Below the pieces are notes generated by a model. That model was given only the letters and a program-made list of their open reading frames with translations, was not told where the DNA came from and did no database searches. From contig CAYONG010000135.1 in the NCBI GenBank assembly GCA_964405235.1, forward strand, positions 1,346 through 65,345: a DNA stretch of 64,000 nt. Reading direction: 5' to 3'. Made by a program: the position numbers and the translations under genes. Positions 1 to 8,794 of this stretch are shown in pieces (within the stretch, counting starts at the first letter, position 1; every line of letters starts with the position of its first letter). Source of the stretch: an uncultured bacterium (GTDB taxonomy: Bacteria > Eisenbacteria > RBG-16-71-46).

Positions 1-507
1 CGGCACCGCGTCCTGCTTCAGGCGAAAGACCGGCACCGAAAAGCTGTGCAGGACGTCCCTCGACTCGAGTAGGAAGTGATAGGTCTTCCCCACCTCCACG
101 TGGAGGTCATCCGAGGTCACGATGTCGTCTGGAGTGTCGAGCTTCCCGTCGGTGCCGGCGTGGACGAAGGTCCACACCCACTGCTGGCCGACCACGCGGA
201 CCTGCTCGTCCGCCGCGGGCAGGTTCTGCTTGATCTCGACCCACACCTTGATGGCGGCGACGATGATGACCACGTCGAACATGATGATGAAGATGTGGGG
301 GATGTTGATCCAGCGCTTGACGTGCTTCTCCTTGCCCGTGAGGTACTGCGCCGGGACACCCTCGCGGGCACGGAAGCGGAAGATGAGCCAGAAGAACATG
401 CCCTGGGCCACAAAGAACCAGAACCCCACCAGCACGGTCACGAGCAGGATCAAGCCGTCGACGTCGCCGGCGTAGCTGGATGCGTTCTTGACCCACCCTT
501 CAATCAT
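1..507 (-). CDS. coxB: Cytochrome c oxidase subunit II, N-terminal part (the ORF runs off the left edge of the window)
   Basis: My own translation of the minus strand gives MIEGWVKNASSYAGDVDGLILLVTVLVGFWFFVAQGMFFWLIFRFRAREG...QQWVWTFVHAGTDGKLDTPDDI...HSFSVPVFRLKQDAVP. This shows two TM helices plus the start of the cupredoxin domain, as in CoxB/CtaC. It is missing from the ORF track because the frame is open to position 1. Confidence 0.8.
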   Translation of the reverse strand, partial: MIEGWVKNASSYAGDVDGLILLVTVLVGFWFFVAQGMFFWLIFRFRAREGVPAQYLTGKEKHVKRWINIPHIFIIMFDVVIIVAAIKVWVEIKQNLPAADEQVRVVGQQWVWTFVHAGTDGKLDTPDDIVTSDDLHVEVGKTYHFLLESRDVLHSFSVPVFRLKQDAVP

Positions 508-508
508 T

Positions 509-649
509 TCACCGCCCCACGTCAGCGCTGAGGACGAAGATGGCGACCGCGGCCACGAAGAGGGCGGCGCTGATCACGGTGAAGAGGAACGTCTTGCGGG
601 CGATCCCGTTGCCCCACTGATCGTCGCGCGATTCGTCGCCGCCTGCCAT
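509..649 (-). CDS. Small (46 aa) single-TM membrane protein immediately upstream of coxB
   Basis: Hand translation gives MAGGDESRDDQWGNGIARKTFLFTVISAALFVAAVAIFVLSADVGR. A GGAGGGGGG Shine-Dalgarno-like run lies about 8-14 nt upstream. Its stop is 1 nt before the coxB ATG. No family was recognised. Confidence 0.35.
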   Translation of the reverse strand: MAGGDESRDDQWGNGIARKTFLFTVISAALFVAAVAIFVLSADVGR

Positions 650-667
650 CTCAGCCGCCCCCCTCCG

Positions 668-1339
668 TCACTTGCGCAGCGTCCGGATATAGGCGATCAC
701 GTCCAGCATCGCTTTGTGATCTTCGAGCGTCGCCGACATCGCGGCCATCTGCGCGCCCTGCACATCGCGCGGGTCGGCGCCACGTATGCCGGACTTGAAC
801 TTCTCAAGCTGCCGCACCATGTACCAGTCGGCCTGATTCACCAGCGTGGGCGCGCCCATCGCCTCGAGCCCCATGGCGTCCGGCCCGTGGCAGACGGTGC
901 ATACCGTGGTGTAGCGGGCGGCGCCGGCCGCCGCATCGCCGCCGGCGAGCGTCTGCGGCGCGGGACGTGCCGGCAGGCTGGCGACGTACTGCGCCACCGA
1001 GGAGACATCCCCCTCGAGGTTGAGCGAGCGCGCCATCGGCCGCATGCGGTGCCCTTCCGAGTCCGACGGATGCGCGCCACGTATGCCGGACCGGAACTTG
1101 GTGAGCTGCGCCTCCAGGTACCAGAGCGGCAGACCGGCGATCGACGGGGCCCCGAGCGACGTGTTTCCGGCACCATTGTCCCCGTGGCAGGGCGCGCAGG
1201 TGTCGTAGAGATCCGCCCCCCTGGCGATGCCCGCCCGCGCGCGCCCGCCGCAACCCCAGAGCGTCAGTGCCAGCAACGGCGCCGCGAGCAGGGCGAGTGC
1301 AACACCACGCAACAAATAGGCCTCCAGAGGCGAATCCAC
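668..1339 (-). CDS. Diheme c-type cytochrome (class I), probable lipoprotein
   Basis: Two CxxCH motifs (CAPCHG and CTVCHG), each followed by an MRPMA/MAAMS-type Met ligand region. Lipobox-like signal LLALTLWGCGG. The start is set at GTG 1339 (VDSPLEAYLLRG...). The track ORF to 1741 has an Arg/Pro-rich, implausible N-terminus. Confidence 0.8.
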   Translation of the reverse strand: MDSPLEAYLLRGVALALLAAPLLALTLWGCGGRARAGIARGADLYDTCAPCHGDNGAGNTSLGAPSIAGLPLWYLEAQLTKFRSGIRGAHPSDSEGHRMRPMARSLNLEGDVSSVAQYVASLPARPAPQTLAGGDAAAGAARYTTVCTVCHGPDAMGLEAMGAPTLVNQADWYMVRQLEKFKSGIRGADPRDVQGAQMAAMSATLEDHKAMLDVIAYIRTLRK

Positions 1340-1554
1340 CGGCGCCGGGACCCGGCGAACCGGGAGCCGTTTGCGGTGGCGAGGTCTGACGAGACGCAGC
1401 GACGCGCCGGGAACACACTGCCAGAGGAAACATGGTGTATACACGAATCGAGGACACCGAGGCAAGCGCGGCCGGGGGTTCATACGCCCGCCCAGCGCGA
1501 GGCCGCGGGGATCCCGGGCGCCGTCACGCGGCGCGCCCACCGGCCGGACCGCGA

Positions 1555-2199
1555 TCACGGCCGGAGGCGTAACGCCCGGGCCTCCTCCCCCGACAGGACC
1601 TCGATCGCTCCGAACTCGGCCGACGCGTGGCCGCCGGTGTCGTCCGCATCGCAGATCACTCCGATCGCCGCGATCCGCTCGGGCACGGCGCCGAAAGCGC
1701 GCAGCAGATCCGCCTCGAGGTCGCGCGTCTCCTCGCGCCAAATGGAATCAGCGGGCGAGTCCCGCAGCACGACACTCGGCACCCGACCGCTGTAGGGACT
1801 GTGACTCCACTCCCCGGCCGGGCGCGACGGCGTCCACTGATAGAGCAGCGCGCGCGTGCGGCCCGGAATGCGGCTACGCCGCACAATGACCAGCACACCG
1901 GCGGCGCGGTCGTCGCGGGAGCGCACCTCGGGGTCGGCGCCCGCCGGGTGTTGCAGCACCCGCCAGCGCCACTTCAGGATTACCCCGCGCGGGTCGATCG
2001 AAAGCGGCGTGAGCAGCGCCGAGTTGCGATCGCGCGCCTCGGCGCGCAGCGTGGCCTGGTCGCCTTCGCCGACCCGCAGGTAGTCGGTGCGGCCCCGGTA
2101 GCGCTGCTCATGCCATTCACGTGCGCCTGGAACCCGGGGGCCCGCGGGGCCCCATCCCAGCAGCAGCGAGGCGGCCACCACGATGGGGATGAGTCTCAT
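1555..2199 (-). CDS. DUF3047-family protein (secreted)
   Basis: MRLIPIVVAASLLLGWG signal peptide. The VILKWRWRVLQHPAGADPEVRSRDDRAAGVLVIV motif is typical of DUF3047. The ATG at 2199 overlaps the upstream stop as ATGA. Confidence 0.7.
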   Translation of the reverse strand: MRLIPIVVAASLLLGWGPAGPRVPGAREWHEQRYRGRTDYLRVGEGDQATLRAEARDRNSALLTPLSIDPRGVILKWRWRVLQHPAGADPEVRSRDDRAAGVLVIVRRSRIPGRTRALLYQWTPSRPAGEWSHSPYSGRVPSVVLRDSPADSIWREETRDLEADLLRAFGAVPERIAAIGVICDADDTGGHASAEFGAIEVLSGEEARALRLRP

Positions 2200-2882
2200 G
2201 GTCGGTAGAACCGGGCCAGCGCCGCCGCCGGGACACCCGATCCGTGCAGCGTCACGATCGCGGCGTTGATCGCGAGCTGGCGCCAGGGCCCGGTCGCGAG
2301 GAAACGCCGGGCCGAGGTGCGCGCGCACTCCCGGAGTCGGACCAGTCGCCCGCGGCCGGCCAGCCGTCGCGCCAGCCCCAGGTCCTCGAGGAGCGGCATT
2401 TCGGGGTAGCCGCCGACTGCCGCAAAGTCCGCGCGCCGGCAGAAGAACCCCTGGTCACCGAAGAACGCCGTCCGCCACGAGAGGGCGCTCAGCCGCTCGA
2501 GCAGCCGCAGCGCCGGGTGGGCGGCATCGAAGGCAAGTCGGAAGCCCCCTCCGGCCACATCCGGGCGTTCGAGCGCCCGGCGCACCGCTTGCGCGGCGTC
2601 CGGCGGTAGCCGCGTGTCGGCGTGCAGGAACAGCAGCAGCGTCCCGCGGGCCGCCGCCGCACCGCGGTTAAGCTGCGCGCCGCGCCCTGCGACCGGGCAC
2701 TCCACCCAGCGCAGGCGCGGGCAGCGCCCGGCCCACCGCCGGACCGCGGCGCGCTCGCCCCACGCCGCCACCACCACCTCGTCGACGCCGGGGATCATCG
2801 CCAGAGCCGCCAGGCTGCCGAGGAGCGTCTCGCCCTCCTGCCGCGACGGGATGATCACGCTGAGTACGTCACCAGCTCCCAT
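2196..2882 (-). CDS. Family 2 glycosyltransferase (resembles the TIGR04283-type transferase, from memory)
   Basis: LSVIIPSRQE..., GRGAQLNRGA, LLFLHADTRLP, FGDQGFFCRRADF and PLLEDLGLARRL are GT-A fold GT2 hallmarks. The start at MGAGDV (2882) overlaps the DUF547 gene by 14 nt. Confidence 0.75.
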   Translation of the reverse strand: MGAGDVLSVIIPSRQEGETLLGSLAALAMIPGVDEVVVAAWGERAAVRRWAGRCPRLRWVECPVAGRGAQLNRGAAAARGTLLLFLHADTRLPPDAAQAVRRALERPDVAGGGFRLAFDAAHPALRLLERLSALSWRTAFFGDQGFFCRRADFAAVGGYPEMPLLEDLGLARRLAGRGRLVRLRECARTSARRFLATGPWRQLAINAAIVTLHGSGVPAAALARFYRP

Positions 2883-3663
2883 TGAGCAACCAATCGTATT
2901 TGAGGTACTCGACGGGCCGGTCGGGCCGGAACGCTCCGCCGGCCGGCTGATGCCGCAGGACGAATGCCTCGACGCTGCCATCTGATTTTCGGAAGTCCTC
3001 CGCATACCACTTGAAGATCGCCGAGAGCCTCATGCCCCGCTCGGGATCGATTTGGTTGCGGGTTGAATCGGCGAGAAAGCGGCGGGTCGCCGAGTCGAGG
3101 TCGGCCTCGAGCGTTGCCGCGCTGAGCGCGCGCTCGGGGAGCACCGGACAGGAGACCGAGGCGCAGTTGAGCACGAAATGCAGGCGCGGCTCGGCGTAGC
3201 GCGCGCGCAGGATGCGATGCTCGATGTCGTCGAGTGAGCGCCGCGCCCCGGCGGTGAGCCGCTTTTCGCGGAAGAAGCCGAGGGTCGGGATGCCGATCAC
3301 CTTGCGCACGTCGAGCACGCTCTTCACGCCCGGTCTGCGGATGATGCCGTCCAGCACGCGGGCGTTGTAGGCGTTGACCCAGAAGGCGATCTGCTCTTCG
3401 CGCGGCCATTCCGACTCGCGGGCATCCGCGCGGGCATCCGGGCGGGCGGCCGCGACCGCCGCCAGATATCGGTCGAGACCCGCGTGATCGCGCAGGAGCG
3501 CCCCATAGTCCACGCGGCCGTCGTGCAGCACCCGCGCCAGCACCGTGTCGAACGCCGCGTGCGAGAACGGCTCGGCGTGCGCCGGCCGCGCGACGCCGCT
3601 GAGCAGCACCCCCACGCATGTTGCCGCACACCTGGCCGCGTGGGTGGCCATCATGCGCGGCAT
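2869..3663 (-). CDS. DUF547 domain protein (secreted)
   Basis: Signal-like N-terminus MPRMMATHAARCAATCVGVLLSGVARPAHA. FWVNAYNARVLDGII...HFVLNCASVSCPVL...SAIFKWYAEDF is the canonical DUF547 core. Confidence 0.75.
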   Translation of the reverse strand: MPRMMATHAARCAATCVGVLLSGVARPAHAEPFSHAAFDTVLARVLHDGRVDYGALLRDHAGLDRYLAAVAAARPDARADARESEWPREEQIAFWVNAYNARVLDGIIRRPGVKSVLDVRKVIGIPTLGFFREKRLTAGARRSLDDIEHRILRARYAEPRLHFVLNCASVSCPVLPERALSAATLEADLDSATRRFLADSTRNQIDPERGMRLSAIFKWYAEDFRKSDGSVEAFVLRHQPAGGAFRPDRPVEYLKYDWLLNGSW

Positions 3664-3701
3664 ACGGGCCCAACCCGCCACGCGGTCGTTTCCCGGTCGG
3701 G

Positions 3702-4613
3702 CTAGGCGCCCGTATGGCCCAGCGTCCGCACCGCCGCGTCGGCCGCCATGAAGATGAATAGCAGGAACAGATAGAGGATCGAGTAGCGGAAGAGCAGGAC
3801 GGCGTGCGGGGTCGAGGCCGAACGCCAGAGCCGCGCGGCGTAGTAGATGAAGAGCCCGCCCAGGGCGGCCGCGGGCAGCCAGTAGAGCGGTCCCGACCCG
3901 CACAGCGGCGCCACCGCGAGCGTCACCGGCACCATCACCAGCGAGTAGAGGAGGATCTGGCGCCGGGTCTCGGCCTCGCCGTGGGTCACCGGGAGCATGG
4001 GGATGTTCGCGCGCAGGTAGTCTTCACGACGGTAGAGCGAGAGGGCCCAGAAGTGCGGCGGCGTCCACAGGAAGACGATGGCCGCGAGCAGGATCGCCGG
4101 CAGCTCGACCCGCCCGCTCACCGCCGCCCAGGCAATCAGGGGCGCCGAGGCCCCGGCCGCGCCGCCGATGACGATGTTCTGCGGCGTCCGCCGCTTGAGC
4201 CACATCGAGTAGATCACCGCGTAGTAGGCGATGGACGCCATCGCGATGCCGGCCGCGAGCATGTTGGCGCAAAGCATCAGGGTCACCCACGCGAGCGCGG
4301 CGAGCGCGAAGCCGACCACCAGGGCGTGGTGCGGCGGCAGAACGCCGGAGGGGAGCGGGCGCGTGGCGGTGCGATGCATCAATGCGTCGATGTCCCGGTC
4401 CACGTAATGATTGAAGCTCGCCGCCGAGCCCGCGGCGAACACGGTCCCGGCCAGCGTGCCCCAGAACAGGACCGGGTCCGCTAAGCCTCCGGCCGCGAGC
4501 AGCAGGGCCGGCACGGCCGTCACCATCACCAGCATGGAGATGCGCGGCTTGGTCAGTTCGAGATAGGCCAGCGCGCGACGTCGCGCGCCCACCGATGCCA
4601 GCGCCACGCTCAT
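3702..4613 (-). CDS. ctaB: Protoheme IX farnesyltransferase (heme O synthase)
   Basis: LELTKPRISMLV, NHYVDRDIDALMHRTATRPLPSG and LWTPPHFWALSL are UbiA-family CtaB/CyoE motifs. The start at MSVALAS (4613) overlaps the ctaA stop by 4 nt. The long track ORF (to 5450) overlaps ctaA out of frame. Confidence 0.9.
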   Translation of the reverse strand: MSVALASVGARRRALAYLELTKPRISMLVMVTAVPALLLAAGGLADPVLFWGTLAGTVFAAGSAASFNHYVDRDIDALMHRTATRPLPSGVLPPHHALVVGFALAALAWVTLMLCANMLAAGIAMASIAYYAVIYSMWLKRRTPQNIVIGGAAGASAPLIAWAAVSGRVELPAILLAAIVFLWTPPHFWALSLYRREDYLRANIPMLPVTHGEAETRRQILLYSLVMVPVTLAVAPLCGSGPLYWLPAAALGGLFIYYAARLWRSASTPHAVLLFRYSILYLFLLFIFMAADAAVRTLGHTGA

Positions 4614-5608
4614 GACGAAGCCGCCTCGCGGGAGCGCCACGCCACGCCCGAGGCGGGGACAGGGGCCGGGCCCGGGACCGCCGCGGTACGCGGCAGTAGG
4701 GCGATGCGCATCGTGGCGCTCAGCAGCACGCCCAGCAACGCGGTCGCGATCGCCAGATGCGCGGCCGAGAGCCACACCGGCGTCCGCAAGTAGACGTTGG
4801 ACACGCCGAGCACCACCTGCAGCACGACCAACCCCAGCGCCAGCGGGCCGGCCGCGCGCACCCGCGGATCTGGCGCCGAGCGCGCGAACGCCGCCGCGGC
4901 CAACACGAGGGCGGTGAGGAGATAGGCGCCATAGCGGTGCGCCATCTGCAGACCGACCAACCCCTGCAGCGGTGGGAACCACTCGCCGAAGCAGGCCGGC
5001 CAGTCGGGGCAGGCGAGCCCGGCGTGGTGGGTGCTCACCATGCCGCCGAGCAACGACTGGAGGTAGGTGAGCGTCGTCGCGCCCGCGAAGGCAGGCATCA
5101 GGCCCGCCGGCCGCGCCGTGGACGGGACGGCGCCCGCCTCGGCGGCCTGCCCCGCGACACGGGTGTAGCCGAGCAGCGTGGCGAAGATCAGCAGCGCGAC
5201 CGCGAGGTGCCCGCTCACCACCGAGGGATCGAGCAGCTTCCAGACCGTTAGCGCCCCGAGCAGAACCTGCACGGCGAGCAGGCTCAGGGCGAGAACGACC
5301 AGGCCACCGAGCCGCTTGCGCAGCACGGAGCGCATGAACGTCAGGACCGAGAGCGCGACCATCGACAGGCTCACCAGCAGCGCCACCAGGCGGTGGGTCC
5401 ACTCGATCATGACGTTGAACTGGAACGCGGGGATGAGCCGCCCCTGGCACAGCGGCCAGTCTGGACAGGCGAGACCCGAGCCGGTCGTGCGCACCACCGA
5501 GCCGATGACGATCAGGACGAAGGTGAGGAGCGTGGACGCAAACCCGAGGCGGGCGGCAAGGCGGAATGTGGGGTTCGCGGACAAGGTGCTCTCCTGCGCG
5601 AGATCCAC
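4610..5608 (-). CDS. ctaA: Heme A synthase (COX15/CtaA family)
   Basis: GSGLACPDWPLCQG and HAGLACPDWPACFG Cys pairs, HRLVA and HRYGA His motifs, about 8 TM segments. The start is uncertain: GTG 5608 or TTG 5584. Confidence 0.85.
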   Translation of the reverse strand: MDLAQESTLSANPTFRLAARLGFASTLLTFVLIVIGSVVRTTGSGLACPDWPLCQGRLIPAFQFNVMIEWTHRLVALLVSLSMVALSVLTFMRSVLRKRLGGLVVLALSLLAVQVLLGALTVWKLLDPSVVSGHLAVALLIFATLLGYTRVAGQAAEAGAVPSTARPAGLMPAFAGATTLTYLQSLLGGMVSTHHAGLACPDWPACFGEWFPPLQGLVGLQMAHRYGAYLLTALVLAAAAFARSAPDPRVRAAGPLALGLVVLQVVLGVSNVYLRTPVWLSAAHLAIATALLGVLLSATMRIALLPRTAAVPGPAPVPASGVAWRSREAASS

Positions 5609-5785
5609 CCCGGCGAGCGGACTTGAGTGCCGGGAATGGCGGTCGGTACGGATTCGAACATGTCCCGTCGAACGGCTAGCGACCCTAGCACAGTGGCACG
5701 TCGTTTCAAGGGCAGGGTACCGGCCGCCGTGCCGGCCGGGAATCGACCGCAGCAACGCCGGGGCGCTGGTCGTACGGTTGCGGGG

Positions 5786-7612
5786 CTAGCGGGGAACTGG
5801 ATGCAGGTCGAGGACCAGACTCGGGGAGGTGCGGTCGTCGCCGATCAGGAACCTCGCATCCGCGGCGCCCACGGTGATCAGCGAGCCGGGCAGTCCGTCG
5901 TTGACGCCAGGATCCACGACCCCCGCGATGCGTCGGTAGGTCCGCCCGAGATCCACCGTGAGTGCGCTCGACGCGGGATTGACCAGCACCACGCCGTTCT
6001 GGAAGTCCCGCCGCCAGAGATGGGTGACGTCCTTCTGGAAGTGGACATCATCGAGCCAGACATCCCCGGCGGCGCCGGCGAGGAAGAAGGAGAGCGAGGC
6101 GCTCCCGGCGCCCCACGGGATCAACTCCACCTGGTAGCGGCGCCACTCGGCCGTGAGATCCACGGTCCGCCGGGCGACCTCGCCGACACCCCCCACGCCG
6201 ACGATGACGGGAAGCGTGCGCGGCGCAGACGATCGCGCCCAGAAGGTGGCGGAGAGCGCGCGCCCGTCGCCGATGCTGAGCGTGCCGACCGTATTCAGGT
6301 TTACGCGCCAGTCGAAATCGCCCGCGACCGGGAGGTGGACATGCGCCGACGCGATTCCCGACGCGGCCGTGCCCGCATCGCGCGTCAGCGTCGCCGGTAT
6401 CCCGGCGACAAAGGTCCAGCCACTCGTCACGTCGGTCTCGAAATCCGGGTTGGTCGAAGCATCGGGCGCGCTGCCGATCCAGATCATCTGGAACGGGGGA
6501 CCCAGCGGCTGGCCGAGCCAGCCGGTGTCGGCCAGACGTTCGCTCGCGCGGCCGGTCGCGAGGTCCACGGCGTATTCGTCGTACCACCAGCCGGAGTAGT
6601 TGAACTCGCTGACGTTGCGGCTCGAGTAGCCGAACGCGCCATAGCCTTCGCCGAGCGAGGCGCTGCCGAGGCCGAAGCGCACCCTGCGGGCGTTCTGCAC
6701 GGTGTACGGATCCCAGGGCGGATTCGCGGCGGAGAACAGGTAGTTGTGGCGCGGGGCGCGAAACTTCACCTCGTCGGTGAAGTAGCCGCCCGGGGCGCGG
6801 AACATGTTCTCGGACCAGGTGCCGCCGTTCTGAAACGGGAAGTTCTCCCGCATCCAGCCGTTGAACGAGACGTACTTGGTGCCCTGCGCGCAGTTGCCGA
6901 CTAGCAGGAACGAGGGGCCGGCGAGGCTGCGCAGACGATTGGCGAGCACCTCGCCCCCCGCCTGGTAGGCGGCATCGAAGGCTGCCAGCGTCGCATAGCC
7001 GGCCCGCTGGTAGTCGATGCTCTCGGCGGCAGTCTGCGTCCAGCCGATGCGATCGCAGAAGACATCCAGCATCATGCCGTCCCAGATTCCGGTGCGAACG
7101 ATTGCGTCGTGGAACAGGTCTGCGATCCCCTCGGCCAGCGCGTAACGGCCGAAGGCGTCGCGTTTGGCGAGGTTCACGTTGTAGTCGCGATAGTGGCTTC
7201 CGGTCCGGGCGTAGAGAAACCCATCCATGTCACGCACCAGCCGACGGAATCGCGTGGGGTAGTGGACGGTCGAGTCCGCCTCGGCCGCCGGCCAGATGGC
7301 CCCTGCATTGATGTAGGCGAGCAGGGAGATGTCGGGGTTCCGCGCCCGCAGCGCCGCCGCGACGTCGGGTCGGTACTCGGAGATGGGGCTCGCATCGAGG
7401 ATCACCTGGTCGAAGCGCGCCACCGAGTCGCAGGTCGCCTCATCGAGCGCGCCGTTGCGATTGCCCCCTTTGATGAAGGGATAGCCGATCCCCATGATCC
7501 CGCCGTAGAGACCGAGCCGCGGGTAGCCGGCGGCGACCGCCGAGGACGCAGGACCAAGCGACAGCAGGGCGATCAGCGCCAGAGACCTGAGGATTGTCGG
7601 GCGGGCGCTCAT
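5786..7612 (-). CDS. Secreted putative glycoside hydrolase (GHL15-like TIM-barrel region) with a C-terminal CBM-like beta-sandwich
   Basis: Signal peptide MSARPTILRSLALIALLSLGPASSAVAAG. The N-terminal 330 aa resemble hypothetical glycosyl-hydrolase-like proteins (ILDASP...LLAYINAG...WDGMMLDVF). The C-terminal 230 aa have CBM4/9-like features. The family call is from memory only. Confidence 0.5.
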   Translation of the reverse strand: MSARPTILRSLALIALLSLGPASSAVAAGYPRLGLYGGIMGIGYPFIKGGNRNGALDEATCDSVARFDQVILDASPISEYRPDVAAALRARNPDISLLAYINAGAIWPAAEADSTVHYPTRFRRLVRDMDGFLYARTGSHYRDYNVNLAKRDAFGRYALAEGIADLFHDAIVRTGIWDGMMLDVFCDRIGWTQTAAESIDYQRAGYATLAAFDAAYQAGGEVLANRLRSLAGPSFLLVGNCAQGTKYVSFNGWMRENFPFQNGGTWSENMFRAPGGYFTDEVKFRAPRHNYLFSAANPPWDPYTVQNARRVRFGLGSASLGEGYGAFGYSSRNVSEFNYSGWWYDEYAVDLATGRASERLADTGWLGQPLGPPFQMIWIGSAPDASTNPDFETDVTSGWTFVAGIPATLTRDAGTAASGIASAHVHLPVAGDFDWRVNLNTVGTLSIGDGRALSATFWARSSAPRTLPVIVGVGGVGEVARRTVDLTAEWRRYQVELIPWGAGSASLSFFLAGAAGDVWLDDVHFQKDVTHLWRRDFQNGVVLVNPASSALTVDLGRTYRRIAGVVDPGVNDGLPGSLITVGAADARFLIGDDRTSPSLVLDLHPVPR

Positions 7613-7717
7613 CGAATGCCTCCTCTGCCTCACACCCTATCCATCGGCGCTTCCACCCCCACGCTTGACGCGCGAGTGGAGTGGGCCCGGCGCGGGTGCT
7701 ACGTTGATGTCCTCGCC

Positions 7718-8794
7718 ATGTCCACCACCGACGCCGCCTCGCCCGCTGTCCAGACTCAAATGCCCGCCGATGCCGCCGACCTCAGATATTGCCGCGAGGC
7801 GCTGCCGAGGGTATCGCGCACGTTCGCCCTCAACATGCGGCTCTTGACCGGGACGCTCGGCGAGGCCGTGCGGCTCGGGTACCTCCTGTGCCGCGCCGCC
7901 GACGCACTCGAAGACTCGTGGCCCGGCGAGCCGGGGCTGATTCGGGACCGTTTCGAGCGGTTCCTGATGGCCCTGAACGGCGACGCGCTGGCCCTGGCCG
8001 GCCTGTCGGCCGAGACGCGGGCCCTCGCCTCGGACCGCATGGACCTGGCGCTGGTCGGCGACCTCGGACGTCTGCTGCGCGTGCATGCCTCCCTCCCGCC
8101 GGCGCACCGGGAGGCGCTCACTGGTGGGGTCGGCACCCTGGCCGAGGGCATGGGGCGCTACGCCGCCCGGGCGGCGGGGCGCCCGGCGGGGACCGCCTAC
8201 CTCGACAGCGAGGCCGAGCTGGACGACTACTGCTGGGTGGTGGCCGGCTGTGTCGGGGTGATGCTCACGCGACTGTTCGCCGCCGAGTACGGTCCCGCCG
8301 ATCCCGCCCTCGAGGCCCGCCGGCTGGCGGCCGCCCCGGCCGTGGGACAGGCGCTTCAGCTCACCAACATCCTGCTCGACTGGCCGAGCGACGTGCGGAA
8401 CGGGCGCTGCTACCTGCCGGCGAGCTGGCTCGCGGAGGCGGGCATCACGCCGCGCGATCTGGTGGACCGCGCCGGGCCCGGCACCCTCGCCGTCGCGCGC
8501 CGGCTCGAGCGCAAGGCGCGCGAGGCGCTCGCCCGGGTGCCCGACTATCTGGACCTGATCCCGGTGCGCCGCGTGCGCTACCGGCTATTCTGCCTGTGGC
8601 CCGCCCTCTGGGCGCTCGGGTCGCTCCGCCATGCCCGTCGCGATCCGGAGTTCCCATGGGGGCCGCGCCGCCCCAAGCTGCCGCGCGCCGAGGTCTGGAG
8701 CGCGGCGTTCGGCTCGACGCTCCTGGTGCATCACGCCGCCACGCTGCGCGGGCTCTACGCCTTGACCGCCCGGCCGGCCGCCCCGGCGGGTTAG
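7718..8794 (+). CDS. Squalene/phytoene synthase family enzyme (squalene-synthase-like)
   Basis: SRTFALNMRLL...YLLCRAADALEDSW (first Asp-rich-type motif region), DDYCWVVAGCVGVML and LQLTNILLDWPSDVRNGRCYLP. The start is at MSTTDA (7718). Confidence 0.8.
   Translation: MSTTDAASPAVQTQMPADAADLRYCREALPRVSRTFALNMRLLTGTLGEAVRLGYLLCRAADALEDSWPGEPGLIRDRFERFLMALNGDALALAGLSAETRALASDRMDLALVGDLGRLLRVHASLPPAHREALTGGVGTLAEGMGRYAARAAGRPAGTAYLDSEAELDDYCWVVAGCVGVMLTRLFAAEYGPADPALEARRLAAAPAVGQALQLTNILLDWPSDVRNGRCYLPASWLAEAGITPRDLVDRAGPGTLAVARRLERKAREALARVPDYLDLIPVRRVRYRLFCLWPALWALGSLRHARRDPEFPWGPRRPKLPRAEVWSAAFGSTLLVHHAATLRGLYALTARPAAPAG

Noticed and set aside
3702-5450. The 582-aa track ORF suggests a large N-terminal extension of CtaB. 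The same issue affects 36258..38237 (SufS), 32378..34369 (GT2), 7109..8794 (squalene synthase family), 32885..34255 (lipoprotein) and 13831..17559 (surface protein).
   Set aside because: The upstream portions overlap the neighbouring real genes in other frames and translate to implausible Arg/Pro-rich sequence. Internal starts give canonical N-termini, signal peptides or operon overlaps.
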